This document shows positions 18,388-29,011 of a stretch of DNA of 64,000 nucleotides, piece after piece. Under the pieces are notes generated by a model that was given only the letters and a program-made list of their open reading frames with translations, did not search any database and had not been told where the DNA came from. The translations under genes and the position numbers were made by a program. The DNA comes from Collinsella sp. (GTDB lineage Bacteria; Actinomycetota; Coriobacteriia; Coriobacteriales; Coriobacteriaceae), in contig DBFELT010000005.1 in the NCBI GenBank assembly GCA_048323995.1, positions 1,892 through 65,891 on the forward strand, written 5' to 3'. Position 1 is the stretch's first letter, and every line of letters begins with the position of its first letter.

Positions 18388-20955
18388 TTATTTGCCCCTG
18401 GGTTTGCTGGCGTAGAACTTCTTCTTTTTGGGCTTGCCGGCGGGGGAGGGTTTGCCGTCGCCGCGCGGCCCTCGGTCTCCGGCCTGCGCGTGCGCGGGTA
18501 CTGCCGCGCGAGGCTTGCGGGCCTCGGGGTTGCGCAGCTCCTCGACACGCTCGGCAATCTCCTCGGCGCTAAAGCCGACCTCGGCCATGGCGTCCTCAAT
18601 GGGCAGGCGGCGCACGATATAGCAGTGGTGCACCTTCTGGTTGCGTGCGAAATCCTCGGGGATGGTCTGCGCCGTAATGTCCTCCAGCACCACGCCCGCG
18701 CGCGCGAGCTTGCGTGTCTCGGGGCGGAAGCCGCGCAGGTTGCAGCTAAAGATGGCGTGGCCGCCCTGTGCGAGCAGGCGCGATACGCCGGCCAAAAGCT
18801 CAACATGGTCGCGCTGGACATCCCAGGTGCGGCGGCCCATCTTGGACGAGTTCGAGAACGTGGGCGGGTCGACAAAGATCAAGTCCCAGCGGTTGCGCGT
18901 CTGGCGCTGGTCGCGAATCCAGGCGAGCACGTCGTCGCGCACAAAATGATGCTGCGGACCAACAAAGCCGTTCTGGCGCATATTGCGCTCGGCCCAGTCC
19001 AGGTAGGTGTTGGAAAGGTCGACCGTCACGGTCTCCTCGACGCCGCCATCGGCCGCGTAGCAGGTGGCAGTGCCGGTGTAGGCAAACAGGTTGAGGAAGC
19101 GGCGCGCCTGCTTGGCGTGCTCGCGCACCAGGTTGCGCGTGACGCGATGATCCAGGAAGATGCCCACATCCAGGTAGTCGTCAAAGTTGACGGCAAAGGT
19201 GAGCCCGCCTTCTTCGATGAGCGGCAGACGCCGGCGCGCGATGTTGGCGCGCTCGCCCGATCCGCCCTTGCCGGCGCCCTGCTTGCCGTACTGCGAGCCG
19301 CCACGCGAACGCATGCGGGCCTTGGCGTGCACATGCTCGGCCGGAACATCAAGGATGCGCGGCGCGATGGCCAAGATGTCGAGCATGCGGGCCTGGGCCA
19401 GCGCGGGGTCGATGGTCTTGGGCGCGGCGTATTCGGCGATGACGAGCCAGCGGCCCGGCGTCTGCGGGCAACCCTCGTACAGGTCGATGGCAGCGGAGTA
19501 GTCGGGCAGGTCGGCATCGTAGACGCGATAGCAGCTCACGCCCTCGCGATTGGCCCACTTGCGGCGCAGACGGGCATTCTTGCGCAGGCGGTTGGCGAAC
19601 TGCTCGGACTCCGGGATGAGCACGGGCAGCGGCTTGCCGTCGCCCAAGTCGAGCGTGGCGGCAGGTTCGGGCATGGAGGAAGCGGCGGCTTCGTCGTTGG
19701 CTTCGTTGGCATCCGCAACCTCGGCCTCGGCATCCGCGCTGGTCGCAGCCTCAAACGCTGCAGCGGCGTGGTCGAGTGAGGGCCAAACCTCAAGAGCCGC
19801 CTCCTCGTTATTGGGCATGACGGCGATCGAGCGCTCGGGCTCGGCGTGGAGCGCGCGGGCCAGCAAGCCGTCGCGGGTGAGAGCGGCGACCGGCGCCGAA
19901 GCGAGCTCGGGGGCGCGGCGCAGCTCGCCGATGAGCGTCATGGCATCGTGCATGAGCGAAAGCGGGGTCTCGGTCGTGTCCGCGACCAGGGCGGCACCGG
20001 CGACGGCGCCCGCATGGTCCAGCACGGTGGCGGGCTTGGCGGCACAAAAGTCGACAAAACGCTTGTAGCCGGCGCACTTGACCATGCGCTCGGCAGTCTT
20101 GCGGGCGGCGGGGTCGATGTCTACGGCCACGATGCGCGCCTGGCGCTCGCGCGCTGCCGCCTCGCGCTCGCGCGCCTCGGCAAGCAGCTGCTCCCACAGG
20201 ACAGCGTCGTGCAGCTGCCAGCCCTCAAAGCCCCAGCGCTCGCGTGCGGCGCCCGGGGCGCGGTCGGTCAGAATGTTCACGGCCTCCAGCAGCAGACCGC
20301 CGCCGGCGCACGAGGCATCGATCAGCGTGGGAAGGGCTTCGTTTTCGTAATCGTCGGCCGTCAGCTCGCGCTCGCATAGTGCGGTCCAGCCGACCTGCGC
20401 CAGCACCAGGGCGGCGTAGTCGGGGCGCAACACGTGTGCGCCCTCGCCGGCACGAGTCGCAGCGGGCGGCAGACGCTTGAACAGCGGGTCGCCCGAAAGG
20501 TCCAGGCTGATGCTCGCGCGGCGCTGACGCAGCGAAAGCAACAGGTGAACATCGGGGTCGGCGGCATCGACGTCGGCGCGACGGCCCGTGGTCTCGGCCA
20601 GACGGTCGCACAGCGCGTCTTTGGCGCGCAGGGCCGAGAAGCGCGTGTTGCGCAGCTGCTCGGTCACGCCGCGGGCGGTGATGGCGATGGTGGCGCCGGG
20701 GCGGATGATGGTCTCCCAGGCGATGTCGTAAACGCTATCGTACAGTTCATCGGCATCCTGCGCCTCAAAGCGCCCGAGTACCACGAACACACGGCTCGCC
20801 AGGCGCGACCACAGACAGGCGCGGTAGCCTTCTTCGAGCTCGCCCTCAAATGTAGCGCGGCCCTTCAGCCGGCGAACATGCGAAAGCCCGAGGCGTTTAA
20901 GCTCATCGGCGAGTGCGGACTCAAAGCCCTCGGGGCAGCTTGCGTAAAAATCCAT
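18388..20955 (-). CDS. rlmKL: Bifunctional 23S rRNA methyltransferase RlmKL-like
   Basis: N-terminal THUMP region (CLWSRLASRV); FANRLRKN, CYRVYDADLP, GIFLDHR, FLNLFAYTG, DLIFVDPPTFSNS. Confidence 0.88.
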   Translation of the reverse strand: MDFYASCPEGFESALADELKRLGLSHVRRLKGRATFEGELEEGYRACLWSRLASRVFVVLGRFEAQDADELYDSVYDIAWETIIRPGATIAITARGVTEQLRNTRFSALRAKDALCDRLAETTGRRADVDAADPDVHLLLSLRQRRASISLDLSGDPLFKRLPPAATRAGEGAHVLRPDYAALVLAQVGWTALCERELTADDYENEALPTLIDASCAGGGLLLEAVNILTDRAPGAARERWGFEGWQLHDAVLWEQLLAEAREREAAARERQARIVAVDIDPAARKTAERMVKCAGYKRFVDFCAAKPATVLDHAGAVAGAALVADTTETPLSLMHDAMTLIGELRRAPELASAPVAALTRDGLLARALHAEPERSIAVMPNNEEAALEVWPSLDHAAAAFEAATSADAEAEVADANEANDEAAASSMPEPAATLDLGDGKPLPVLIPESEQFANRLRKNARLRRKWANREGVSCYRVYDADLPDYSAAIDLYEGCPQTPGRWLVIAEYAAPKTIDPALAQARMLDILAIAPRILDVPAEHVHAKARMRSRGGSQYGKQGAGKGGSGERANIARRRLPLIEEGGLTFAVNFDDYLDVGIFLDHRVTRNLVREHAKQARRFLNLFAYTGTATCYAADGGVEETVTVDLSNTYLDWAERNMRQNGFVGPQHHFVRDDVLAWIRDQRQTRNRWDLIFVDPPTFSNSSKMGRRTWDVQRDHVELLAGVSRLLAQGGHAIFSCNLRGFRPETRKLARAGVVLEDITAQTIPEDFARNQKVHHCYIVRRLPIEDAMAEVGFSAEEIAERVEELRNPEARKPRAAVPAHAQAGDRGPRGDGKPSPAGKPKKKKFYASKPRGK

Positions 20956-21030
20956 GGGTGACCTCTCTGGTTGCGTCGCTCCATTATATGATGGATACTT
21001 CGTTTACTCTCGCCCCCGAAAGGAACCCAT

Positions 21031-21858
21031 ATGATTGATGCGTGCCCCGATTCCGCCGTGCTCTTTTTTGACGTGGACGGCACGCTGACGTCGTTCGATC
21101 CCGACAACATGACCGACAAGGACTTTTCGGCGGTTCACCCCTCGCAGGCGGTCGTCGAGGCGTTTCATCGTCTGCGCGACGCGGGACACCATGCATTTAT
21201 CTGCACGGGTCGTCCCTTGTGGCTGATTGCCGATGGCCTGCGCGCGCTGAACCCGGCGGGTGTCGTTGCCATGGCGGGAGCGACGCTCGAGGTCGAGGGC
21301 CGCGTGGTGCATGAGGACTGCTTTGACGAGGACGTTATTGAGGAGCTTGCGCGCCGTATGGCCGCGGCAGGGATTGAGGCCTTTTTCGAGACCAACGTGG
21401 CTACTTTTGCCCTGGAACCCGCGGGTGTTGAGCAGTCGTCTCTGATCGGCACTTCTGTGGTGCACAGCACCGAGGAAATGCGCGTCGACGGCAGTCTGCG
21501 CGTGGGCAAGGTATGCCTCAGTGTGCCCAGTTTGGCTCGCGTGGCCAACGATGACGGCTTTATCGATCGCGAGTTTGAGCTGTGCAACACCGGTGGCCAG
21601 AATCGCGAGCTGAGCCCCAAGGGCATTGACAAGGGCGTGGGCGTGGCGCGAGCGCTGGAATACCTGGGTCGCACCGGCAACGCGCGCACCTTTGGCTTTG
21701 GCGATTCCGGCAACGATCTGGGTATGCTCGCCGCTGTCGAGACGGCCGTGGCCATGGGCAACGCTATGCCCGAGGTCAAGGCGCTCGCCGACTACGTGAC
21801 TGATGATGTCGCACACGACGGCACCGTCACAGCGATGCAGCATTTCGGCCTCATCTAA
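21031..21858 (+). CDS. Cof-type HAD hydrolase
   Basis: FFDVDGTL, CTGR, DKG, FGDSGNDLGM, AMGNA. Confidence 0.9.
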   Translation: MIDACPDSAVLFFDVDGTLTSFDPDNMTDKDFSAVHPSQAVVEAFHRLRDAGHHAFICTGRPLWLIADGLRALNPAGVVAMAGATLEVEGRVVHEDCFDEDVIEELARRMAAAGIEAFFETNVATFALEPAGVEQSSLIGTSVVHSTEEMRVDGSLRVGKVCLSVPSLARVANDDGFIDREFELCNTGGQNRELSPKGIDKGVGVARALEYLGRTGNARTFGFGDSGNDLGMLAAVETAVAMGNAMPEVKALADYVTDDVAHDGTVTAMQHFGLI

Positions 21859-22051
21859 TGAATCCCACGTTCTGACGTTTGCTCAAACTGCGACTCTTTG
21901 CTTTTGCATGCTCAATCGATTTATCAATCCAAACACTGAGGTGTTTATACCGTTCGCCGAGAAGATAAAAAACCGCAGCTCACGCCTTGATAAACGTAGG
22001 TAAAGTGTTTAGCAGTTTAACGCCCATGTGCAAGCGAAAGGAATCAGGCAG

Positions 22052-22756
22052 ATGGCAATCAAGGTGTTCGCTGACGGTGCAAACCTCGAGGGCATGCTCG
22101 ACATGTACGAGAACGGCAACGTTCAGGGTTTCACGACCAACCCGTCCCTTATGAAGAAGGGCGGCGTGACGGATTACCGCGCGTTTGCCAAGGAGGTCCT
22201 GGCCCACATCACCGATGTGTCCGTCTCGTTTGAGGTCTTTGCCGACGACGTCGAGACCATGGAGGTCGAGGCGCGCGAGATCGCTACCTGGGCCGAGAAC
22301 GTCTACGTCAAGATTCCGTGCGTGACTACCAAGGGCGAGTCCACCGCCGAGCTGGTCCGCAAGCTTTCCGCCGACGGCATCAAGGTCAACGTCACTACCA
22401 TCTTTACGCCTACGCAGGTCGATGAGATGGTCGAGGCCGTTGACACCGAGACGCCGTCCATTATCTCGCTCTTTGCCGGCCGTATCGCCGATACCGGCGT
22501 CGACCCCATTCCGTTTATGACGGAGTCGGTTAAGAAGGCCGCCGCAAAGCCCAACTGCGAGGTCCTGTGGGCGTCCACGCGCGAGCTCATCAACATTTAC
22601 CAGGCCGAGGCCTGCGGTTGCCAGATCATCACGGTGCCCAACAGCATCCTGGCCAAGCGCAAGAACATTGGTCGCGACCCGTACGAGGTCTCGCTCGACA
22701 CCGTGCGCGGCTTTGCCAAGGATATCGCGGCGCTCGGTTTCCATATCCTGCCGTAG
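22052..22756 (+). CDS. tal: Transaldolase (short TalC/FSA-type)
   Basis: FADGA, GFTTNPSL, VYVKIP, VNVT, FAGRIADTG, LWASTRE. Confidence 0.9.
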   Translation: MAIKVFADGANLEGMLDMYENGNVQGFTTNPSLMKKGGVTDYRAFAKEVLAHITDVSVSFEVFADDVETMEVEAREIATWAENVYVKIPCVTTKGESTAELVRKLSADGIKVNVTTIFTPTQVDEMVEAVDTETPSIISLFAGRIADTGVDPIPFMTESVKKAAAKPNCEVLWASTRELINIYQAEACGCQIITVPNSILAKRKNIGRDPYEVSLDTVRGFAKDIAALGFHILP

Positions 22757-23137
22757 CGCGAACACCGACTGTACCGTGGGCTGTTCGCTCCGGCCTTTCC
22801 TTCCCCTATCGCTCACGCGCTCCGCGAGGGTCGCGCTAGGCAAAGGAAAGGCCGGGGCTGCCGGTACGAGCTTGCCAGCAAGTTGGCGCTTGGCTTCCAT
22901 ATCCTGCCGTGGGCAAAGGCACCCCCGCCTGCGCCGTGCAAAATTGAGAGTATTCAGCAAGGTAAAGGTCTTTATCAGTTGACCGAAGCATGGAACGGCC
23001 CCCGTTTTGGCTCTGACGACGCTAAAACGGGGGCTGTTTTTTGCTTTTTCGTCTCTGAGGGGCATCCGGAACGGTGGAATTTGCAGAATACTCGCGATTT
23101 TGCACATCGCTACAGGGGGTACCTTTGCTTTGGCGGT

Positions 23138-25285
23138 TTACTTGCCCTGTACCATGGTGAGGGAGATCTTCTTGCGGTCGCGGTCGACCTTCTCGACCCA
23201 CACCTTGACCGTGTCACCGACGCGCACCACGTCGCTCGGGTGCTTGACAAAGCGGTTGGCCAGCTTGGAGATGTGCACGAGGCCGTCCTGGTACACGCCC
23301 ACGTCGACGAAGGCGCCAAAGTCCACAACGTTGCGCACCGTGCCCTTGAGCTCCATGCCGGGCTCTAGGTCGTCGATGGAAAGTGCCGAGCGGCTAAAGA
23401 CCACCTCGGGCGCGTCGTCTCGCGGGTCGCGGCCGGGCTTCTTGAGCTCGTTGACGATGTCGATGAGCGTGAGGGTGCCGTAGTCCAGGTCGCTTGCCAG
23501 CGCCGAGATGCTGCCCAGGCGGCGCTCAATGTCGGGCACGCCGCCGCGGCTGAGTTCGCTGGCGGCAACGCCGGCGCGCTCCAGGACGGCCGTGGCCACC
23601 TCGTAGCTTTCGGGGTGGACGCTCGTCGCGTCGAGCGGGTTCTTGCCGCCGCTGATGCGCAGGAAGCCCACGGCGTTGAGATATGCCTTGGGTCCCAGTT
23701 TGGGGACCTTCTTGAGCTGGCGGCGATCGGTGAAGGCACCGTTTTCCTCGCGGTAGGCCACGATATTCTTGGCCACGCCCGGCGTAATGCCCGATACGTA
23801 TCCCAGCAGGCTTGCGCTTGCGGTGTTGACGTCGACACCCACGCGGTTAACGACGTCCTCCACCACGTGGCCCAGCGTGCGCGAGAGCTCGGCCTGGTCA
23901 AGGTCGTGCTGGTACTGGCCCACGCCGACGGACTGGGGCGGAATCTTGACGAGCTCTGCCAACGGGTCCTGCAGGCGGCGGCCCAGGCTCATGGCGCCGC
24001 GCACGGTGACATCCAGATCGGGATACTCCTGGCTGGCGAGCTCGGAGGCGGAGTACACCGATGCGCCGGCCTCGTTGACGATGGTGTAGCGAAGGCTGGG
24101 CGCCTGCTCGGCGATGAACTCCGAGACGACTTCCTCGGTCTCGCGGCTGGCGGTGCCGTTGCCGATGACGATGGTGTTGACGCCGTCCTTCTTGACGAGG
24201 CGGGCGAGCTCGCGCTTGGTGCCGGCGACGTCGTGGCGCGGCTTGGTGGGGTAGACCACGCCGTGGTCGAGTAGCTTGCCGGTCTCGTCCATGACGGCGA
24301 CCTTGCAGCCGGTGCGGTAGCCCGGATCGAGCGCGAGCACGCGGGCGCCGCGCACAGGGCGCGCCGAGAGCAAGCCCTCGAGATTCTTGGCAAAGACGTT
24401 GATGGCTTCGGTCTGGGCGCGAACGGTGAGTTTGGCGCGGGCTTCGCGCTCCAGCGAGGGGGCCATCAGGCGCTTGTAACCGTCAGCGATGGCGGCATCG
24501 AAGATGGGGGCAAACACGCCCTGGCGTCGGGGCCAACGGCTGCCGAGGCGTGCCGTGGCGGCAGCGCCGTCGACGTTCACGCGCACGCGGAGTTTGCCCT
24601 CGCGCTCACCGCGATCGATAGCCAGCACGCGGTGGTTGGGTATACGGCGCAGCGGCTCATCATAGTTGTAGTAGGGCTCGTAGGGAGTCTTTTCGGCGGG
24701 GTCGGTGGCCTCGACGACGATATCGGCGGTGTTTTGCGTAAAGGCGCGCAGGTCGGCGACGTTCTCGGGGTCTTCGGCCACCGTCTCGGCCACGATGTCG
24801 GCGGCGCCGGCAAGCGCCTTCTCGGGTGTGTCGAAGCCGGCTTCCTCGTTGACGTAGGCCGCGGCGGTGTCGAGCGCGCTGCCCTTGGCGGATGCCTGCA
24901 TGATGATCATGTTGGCAAGCGGCTCCAGGCCTGCCTCGCGGGCCTTCTGCGCGCGGGTCATGCGCTTTTTGCGGTAGGGCTTGTAAAGGTCCTCGACACG
25001 CTGGAGCTGCGTGGCCTCGCGAATCTGCTGCTCGAGTTCGGGCGTGAGCTTGCCCTGGGCGTCGATGAGCAGAATGACATCCTCTTTACGCTGCTCAAGA
25101 TTGCGCAGGTAGGACAGACGCTCGTCGAGTGCGCGCAGGACGACGTCGTCCATGCCGCCCGTGGCTTCCTTGCGGTAGCGCGAGATAAAGGGGATGGTGT
25201 TGCCCTCGTCGATGAGCTTGACGGCCGCTTCGATGTTGGCGGCCTTAAGGTTGAGCTCGCGGGCGAGCTGGGCGATAAGATCCAT
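23138..25285 (-). CDS. tex: Tex family RNA-binding transcriptional accessory protein (S1 domain)
   Basis: GNTIPFISRYRKEATG, DPGYRTGCK, IGNGTASRET, RRLQDPLAELVKI, C-terminal S1 domain. Confidence 0.95.
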   Translation of the reverse strand: MDLIAQLARELNLKAANIEAAVKLIDEGNTIPFISRYRKEATGGMDDVVLRALDERLSYLRNLEQRKEDVILLIDAQGKLTPELEQQIREATQLQRVEDLYKPYRKKRMTRAQKAREAGLEPLANMIIMQASAKGSALDTAAAYVNEEAGFDTPEKALAGAADIVAETVAEDPENVADLRAFTQNTADIVVEATDPAEKTPYEPYYNYDEPLRRIPNHRVLAIDRGEREGKLRVRVNVDGAAATARLGSRWPRRQGVFAPIFDAAIADGYKRLMAPSLEREARAKLTVRAQTEAINVFAKNLEGLLSARPVRGARVLALDPGYRTGCKVAVMDETGKLLDHGVVYPTKPRHDVAGTKRELARLVKKDGVNTIVIGNGTASRETEEVVSEFIAEQAPSLRYTIVNEAGASVYSASELASQEYPDLDVTVRGAMSLGRRLQDPLAELVKIPPQSVGVGQYQHDLDQAELSRTLGHVVEDVVNRVGVDVNTASASLLGYVSGITPGVAKNIVAYREENGAFTDRRQLKKVPKLGPKAYLNAVGFLRISGGKNPLDATSVHPESYEVATAVLERAGVAASELSRGGVPDIERRLGSISALASDLDYGTLTLIDIVNELKKPGRDPRDDAPEVVFSRSALSIDDLEPGMELKGTVRNVVDFGAFVDVGVYQDGLVHISKLANRFVKHPSDVVRVGDTVKVWVEKVDRDRKKISLTMVQGK

Positions 25286-25339
25286 GGGACTCCTTGCGTT
25301 TAAGGTGCGTTTGCAGCACAGGGCTACCAAGGATACCAC

Positions 25340-25530
25340 CCGTCCCAAAAGGCTGTTTTGGGGCCGCGCCACGAAAACGGCCTTTCTACTACGTTTTACC
25401 CGTAGGGGCTGACCATACCTGGGTTTTCCGAAAATCGGCAAGCCGTTTACCTGCGGTTTTTATTTCGCGAAATTCGGTATGGTTGAGAGTGGTCGGTTAA
25501 ACGTAGTAGATAGGCCCATTTCGTGGCGCA
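25340..25530. repeat. Dispersed ~200 bp intergenic repeat (copy 2, inverted relative to 1680-1875)
   Basis: Aligns by eye with the reverse complement of 1680-1875. Confidence 0.8.
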
Positions 25531-25696
25531 CGAGCCAAGCTGAGGCGCAAAATAGCCCCCGCCCCAGAAAAATTGTCGGCAAGGTAGCAAAATGCCCCGC
25601 GGGCAGGAGGCTGCTCGCGGGGCAAAGAAGAGGGGCTTATTGGTGGCGGACCGAAGGGTTCGGCATGGGGTTTCTGCCGCGGCCCGCCCTAAAGCG

Positions 25697-26737
25697 TTAC
25701 AGCTCGACGAGCTGGCCGGTCTCGGCGGCCTCCTTGATAGCGTTAAGCAGCGTGAGCGTCTTGACGTTATCGGCGGGGGTCACGACGGGCTCGACCTCGC
25801 GGCGGACGACCTTCACAAAGTGCTTGAGCTGCATCTTGTGCGGCAGCGCCGGGTCCACGGCCGGGATCTCCATCTGCAGCGGCTTGTGCCAGTTAGAGGC
25901 GCCGTCGTAGGAGAACTGGTGCAGGCGGGGCAGCGACAGGGCGCCCTTGGTACCGCCGATAAAGTAGGCGTCGGCGTCGAAGGGACGGTACTGCGGGTCC
26001 TCGCGAGCGGTGGCCTCCCAGTTCCAGGGGCTGGCGGTGGCGTCGGAGATGGTCATGCTCGCAAGCGCGCCATCGGCAAAGCGGACGTTGACCACGGCGG
26101 AGTCCTCGGTCTCAAAACCGCGGGCGGCGCTGGACTGCATGCCCTGGACGGCAACGGGCTCGCCCAGCAGGTAACGCAGCAGGTCGACGTCGTGAACCAG
26201 GTTGACCAGGATCGGGCCGGCACCCTTCTTGCGGCGCCACTCGACATCGAAGTACTCGTCATTCTTATAGATCATGTAGTGGAAGCTCGACACGGTGAGC
26301 TTGCCCAGCTCGCCGGACTCGATGATCTCCTTGGCCTTGTTGACGAAGGGGTTGTGGCGACGGTGCTGACCCACGAGCACGGGCACGCCGGCGGTCTCGG
26401 CCTCGGCGGCGAAGGCCTGGGCATCCTCGAGGTCGTTGGAGATCGGCTTTTCGACCAGCGGCACGATGTTGCGCTTCACGGCCTTGCGGGCAACGCCCAG
26501 GTGCAGGTCGTTGGGGGTGGCGATGATGACGGCCTCGGGCTTGATCTCGTCCATCATCTGGGCGGGATCGGTGAAGAACGGCACGCCGGCGGCCTCGGCC
26601 GTGGCGCGGGCGCCCTCAAAGGCGTCGGCGATGGCGATGAGCTCGGCCTCGGGCTCCTCGGTGACAAAGCGGATGTGGTTGCGGCCCATGGCGCCGGCGC
26701 CGATAACGGCAATGCGGACGGGGTTGAGCTCAGACAT
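25697..26737 (-). CDS. Gfo/Idh/MocA family oxidoreductase
   Basis: IGAGAMG, IATPNDLH, LVEKPI, GQHRRHNP, NLVHDVD. Confidence 0.9.
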   Translation of the reverse strand: MSELNPVRIAVIGAGAMGRNHIRFVTEEPEAELIAIADAFEGARATAEAAGVPFFTDPAQMMDEIKPEAVIIATPNDLHLGVARKAVKRNIVPLVEKPISNDLEDAQAFAAEAETAGVPVLVGQHRRHNPFVNKAKEIIESGELGKLTVSSFHYMIYKNDEYFDVEWRRKKGAGPILVNLVHDVDLLRYLLGEPVAVQGMQSSAARGFETEDSAVVNVRFADGALASMTISDATASPWNWEATAREDPQYRPFDADAYFIGGTKGALSLPRLHQFSYDGASNWHKPLQMEIPAVDPALPHKMQLKHFVKVVRREVEPVVTPADNVKTLTLLNAIKEAAETGQLVEL

Positions 26738-26766
26738 TTCGACTCCTTAATACTGGTGACCGGTGG

Positions 26767-26799
26767 GATGCGACAAAGGGGCTGTCCCTTCGTCGCATC
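26767..26799. repeat. Short REP-like palindrome
   Basis: gatgcgacaaaggggctgtcccttcgtcgcatc. Confidence 0.7.
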
Positions 26800-26806
26800 G
26801 GTAAAA

Positions 26807-28063
26807 CTAGGCGGACTTCTTCTTGCTGTCGGAGACCATCATGTAGACGGTGAGCACGACGGCGATGGCGGCGATCACAATGGCGCCGTAGAAGGACTGC
26901 TGGTAGGCGGCGCTGCCGGCCTCGGCGTGATACAGCACGGCGGTGATGGGCTGGCTGATCCAGGTGGAAGCGGCGTAGCCCAAAAACATGATGCCGTAGT
27001 TGACGCCGATGTTGCTGGTGCCAAAGGCGCCACCGGTGAGCGGCGGGTAGATGACGAGCAGAGCGCCAAAGCTAAAGCCGAGCAGGGCGAGCGCCACAAA
27101 GAACATGCTCTGCGTAAAGCTCATCGACATGATGACGAGCGCGATGATGGTCACGACAAGGCTGATGAGCAGCGACTTATAGGCGCCGAGCTTGTCGATG
27201 ATCTGGCCAAAGGACAGACGGCCAACCAGGTTGGCGCAGGTGTTGACGGAGACGACCACACCGCCGAGGGCGACGGCCGCGGCGCTCGTGGGGTCGGCGA
27301 AGAGCTGGACGGCGGCGATGGAGGCAACCTTGCCTACGAGCAGGGTGCCCGCGGTGGCGGCAAAGGCGAAGGTGACGATGAGGACCCAGAAGCGCGGGGT
27401 CTTGACCATCTCGCCCGGGGTGAGGTCACCGAAGGTGCCGGCATGTGCGCCACCCTTGGGGGCCTCGAAGCCCTCGGGCAGCCAACCGGCCTCGGGGGCC
27501 TTCAGGAACAGGGCGGAGGCGGCGATCGTCACAAAGAAGATGACGCCGAGTGCCTTGAGGGCGCCAAAGATGCCCAGGCTCGGGATGAGCAGCGAGGCGA
27601 GTACCGGGGACAGCACGGCGGGACCGGCGGTCGAAGCGGCCAGGGTGATGCCGGAGGCGAGACCCTTCTTGTCGATGAACCACTTTTGGCCGGTGGTGAG
27701 CGCCGGGTTGTAGCCCAGGCCGTTGCCGACAGCGGCGACGAGCGAGAACCACAGGTAGAACTGCCACGGCTCGGTGACGGTGCCGGACATGAACCAGCCC
27801 AGGCCGTAGCACACGGCGGCGGCGATCACGACGTTGCGCGGGCCGATCTTATCGGAGATGCGGCCGGCGAAGATACCCGTCACGGCCATGATGGTCTGAA
27901 AGACCGGGAAGGCCCAGGTAAGGGCGCTCGACCACTCGGGGTAGACGGCGAGCAGGTTCTTGCTCACGACGGAATACAGCGCGATGGAGCTGATGAAGAA
28001 CATGGTGACGCACGCGGCGGAAAGCACGACGGCGCGACCCTTGTTGGAGTTGGTGGAAGCCAT
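26807..28063 (-). CDS. MFS transporter, OFA (oxalate/formate antiporter)-like
   Basis: About 12 TM segments; GRISDKIGPR, KWFIDKKGLASG, GVNYGIMF. Confidence 0.85.
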   Translation of the reverse strand: MASTNSNKGRAVVLSAACVTMFFISSIALYSVVSKNLLAVYPEWSSALTWAFPVFQTIMAVTGIFAGRISDKIGPRNVVIAAAVCYGLGWFMSGTVTEPWQFYLWFSLVAAVGNGLGYNPALTTGQKWFIDKKGLASGITLAASTAGPAVLSPVLASLLIPSLGIFGALKALGVIFFVTIAASALFLKAPEAGWLPEGFEAPKGGAHAGTFGDLTPGEMVKTPRFWVLIVTFAFAATAGTLLVGKVASIAAVQLFADPTSAAAVALGGVVVSVNTCANLVGRLSFGQIIDKLGAYKSLLISLVVTIIALVIMSMSFTQSMFFVALALLGFSFGALLVIYPPLTGGAFGTSNIGVNYGIMFLGYAASTWISQPITAVLYHAEAGSAAYQQSFYGAIVIAAIAVVLTVYMMVSDSKKKSA

Positions 28064-28129
28064 TGGACTCTTTCTAATCGATACGGAGGAGGAACAGGCG
28101 TGTCCGCGGGTCCTCCCTGTCGGGTTGGT

Positions 28130-29011
28130 TTACTGGTCAGTCGGCTTGGCGACGCCGGACTCATCGGACCAAAGCTCGACACCCTTGTTCTTGAGGTAGT
28201 TGTCGGCATAAGCGCGACGGCCTCCGGGCTTGGCGGTGAGGTCGCCCATCATGTTGGAGAAGCCGCCGTCGACTTTGATGGCGTCGCCGGTGGTAAAGTC
28301 CGAGCGCTTGGACGCCAGGAACATGACGGCGTTGGCGATATCGCTGACCTCGCCGATGCGGCGCGTGGCGATCAGACGGCTGCGGCTCTTTTCGACCTCG
28401 GGGTCGGCGTAGAAGTTGGCCGACATCGGGGTCTTAACGAAGCAAGGCTCGACGCAGTTGGAGCGGACGCCGTAGGGGCCCCACTCGGCAGCCAGCATCT
28501 TGGACATCATGTTGACGCCCGCCTTGGTGGAGCTGTACACGCCCGAGAACGTCTCGGGGGAGTGGCTGGCAACGGTCGAGATGTGCACCAGGCGGCCCTG
28601 GCCGGCCTTGATCATCTCGCGACCAAAGCGCTGCGAGGTGATGAAGTAACCGGTGAGGTTGACGTTGAGCACCTGCTCCCAGTCGCTCAGCGGCAGGTCT
28701 TCCATGGCGGCGAAGCGCAGGATGCCGGCGGTGTTGACGAGAACGTCGATGCGGCCGAAGTCGCGGATCGTGGCGTCGACGGCGGCCTGAACCTCGGCCT
28801 CGTCGGTAGCGTTCATCTTGTAGCCCTCGGCGTGGATGCCAAACTCGGCGGCGAGGTCGGCGGCAGCGGCCTTGACCTTTTCCTCGTCCAGATCGAGCAG
28901 GACGACGTTGGCGCCGTTGCGGGCGAACTCGCGGCAAATCTCGACGCCCATACCGCCGAGCGCGCCAGTCACGGCGCAGACATCGCCCTCGAGCTTAAGC
29001 CAGTTGCTCAT
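28130..29011 (-). CDS. SDR family NAD(P)-dependent oxidoreductase
   Basis: TGALGGMG, LVNTAG, YSSTK, VDGG. Confidence 0.9.
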   Translation of the reverse strand: MSNWLKLEGDVCAVTGALGGMGVEICREFARNGANVVLLDLDEEKVKAAAADLAAEFGIHAEGYKMNATDEAEVQAAVDATIRDFGRIDVLVNTAGILRFAAMEDLPLSDWEQVLNVNLTGYFITSQRFGREMIKAGQGRLVHISTVASHSPETFSGVYSSTKAGVNMMSKMLAAEWGPYGVRSNCVEPCFVKTPMSANFYADPEVEKSRSRLIATRRIGEVSDIANAVMFLASKRSDFTTGDAIKVDGGFSNMMGDLTAKPGGRRAYADNYLKNKGVELWSDESGVAKPTDQ

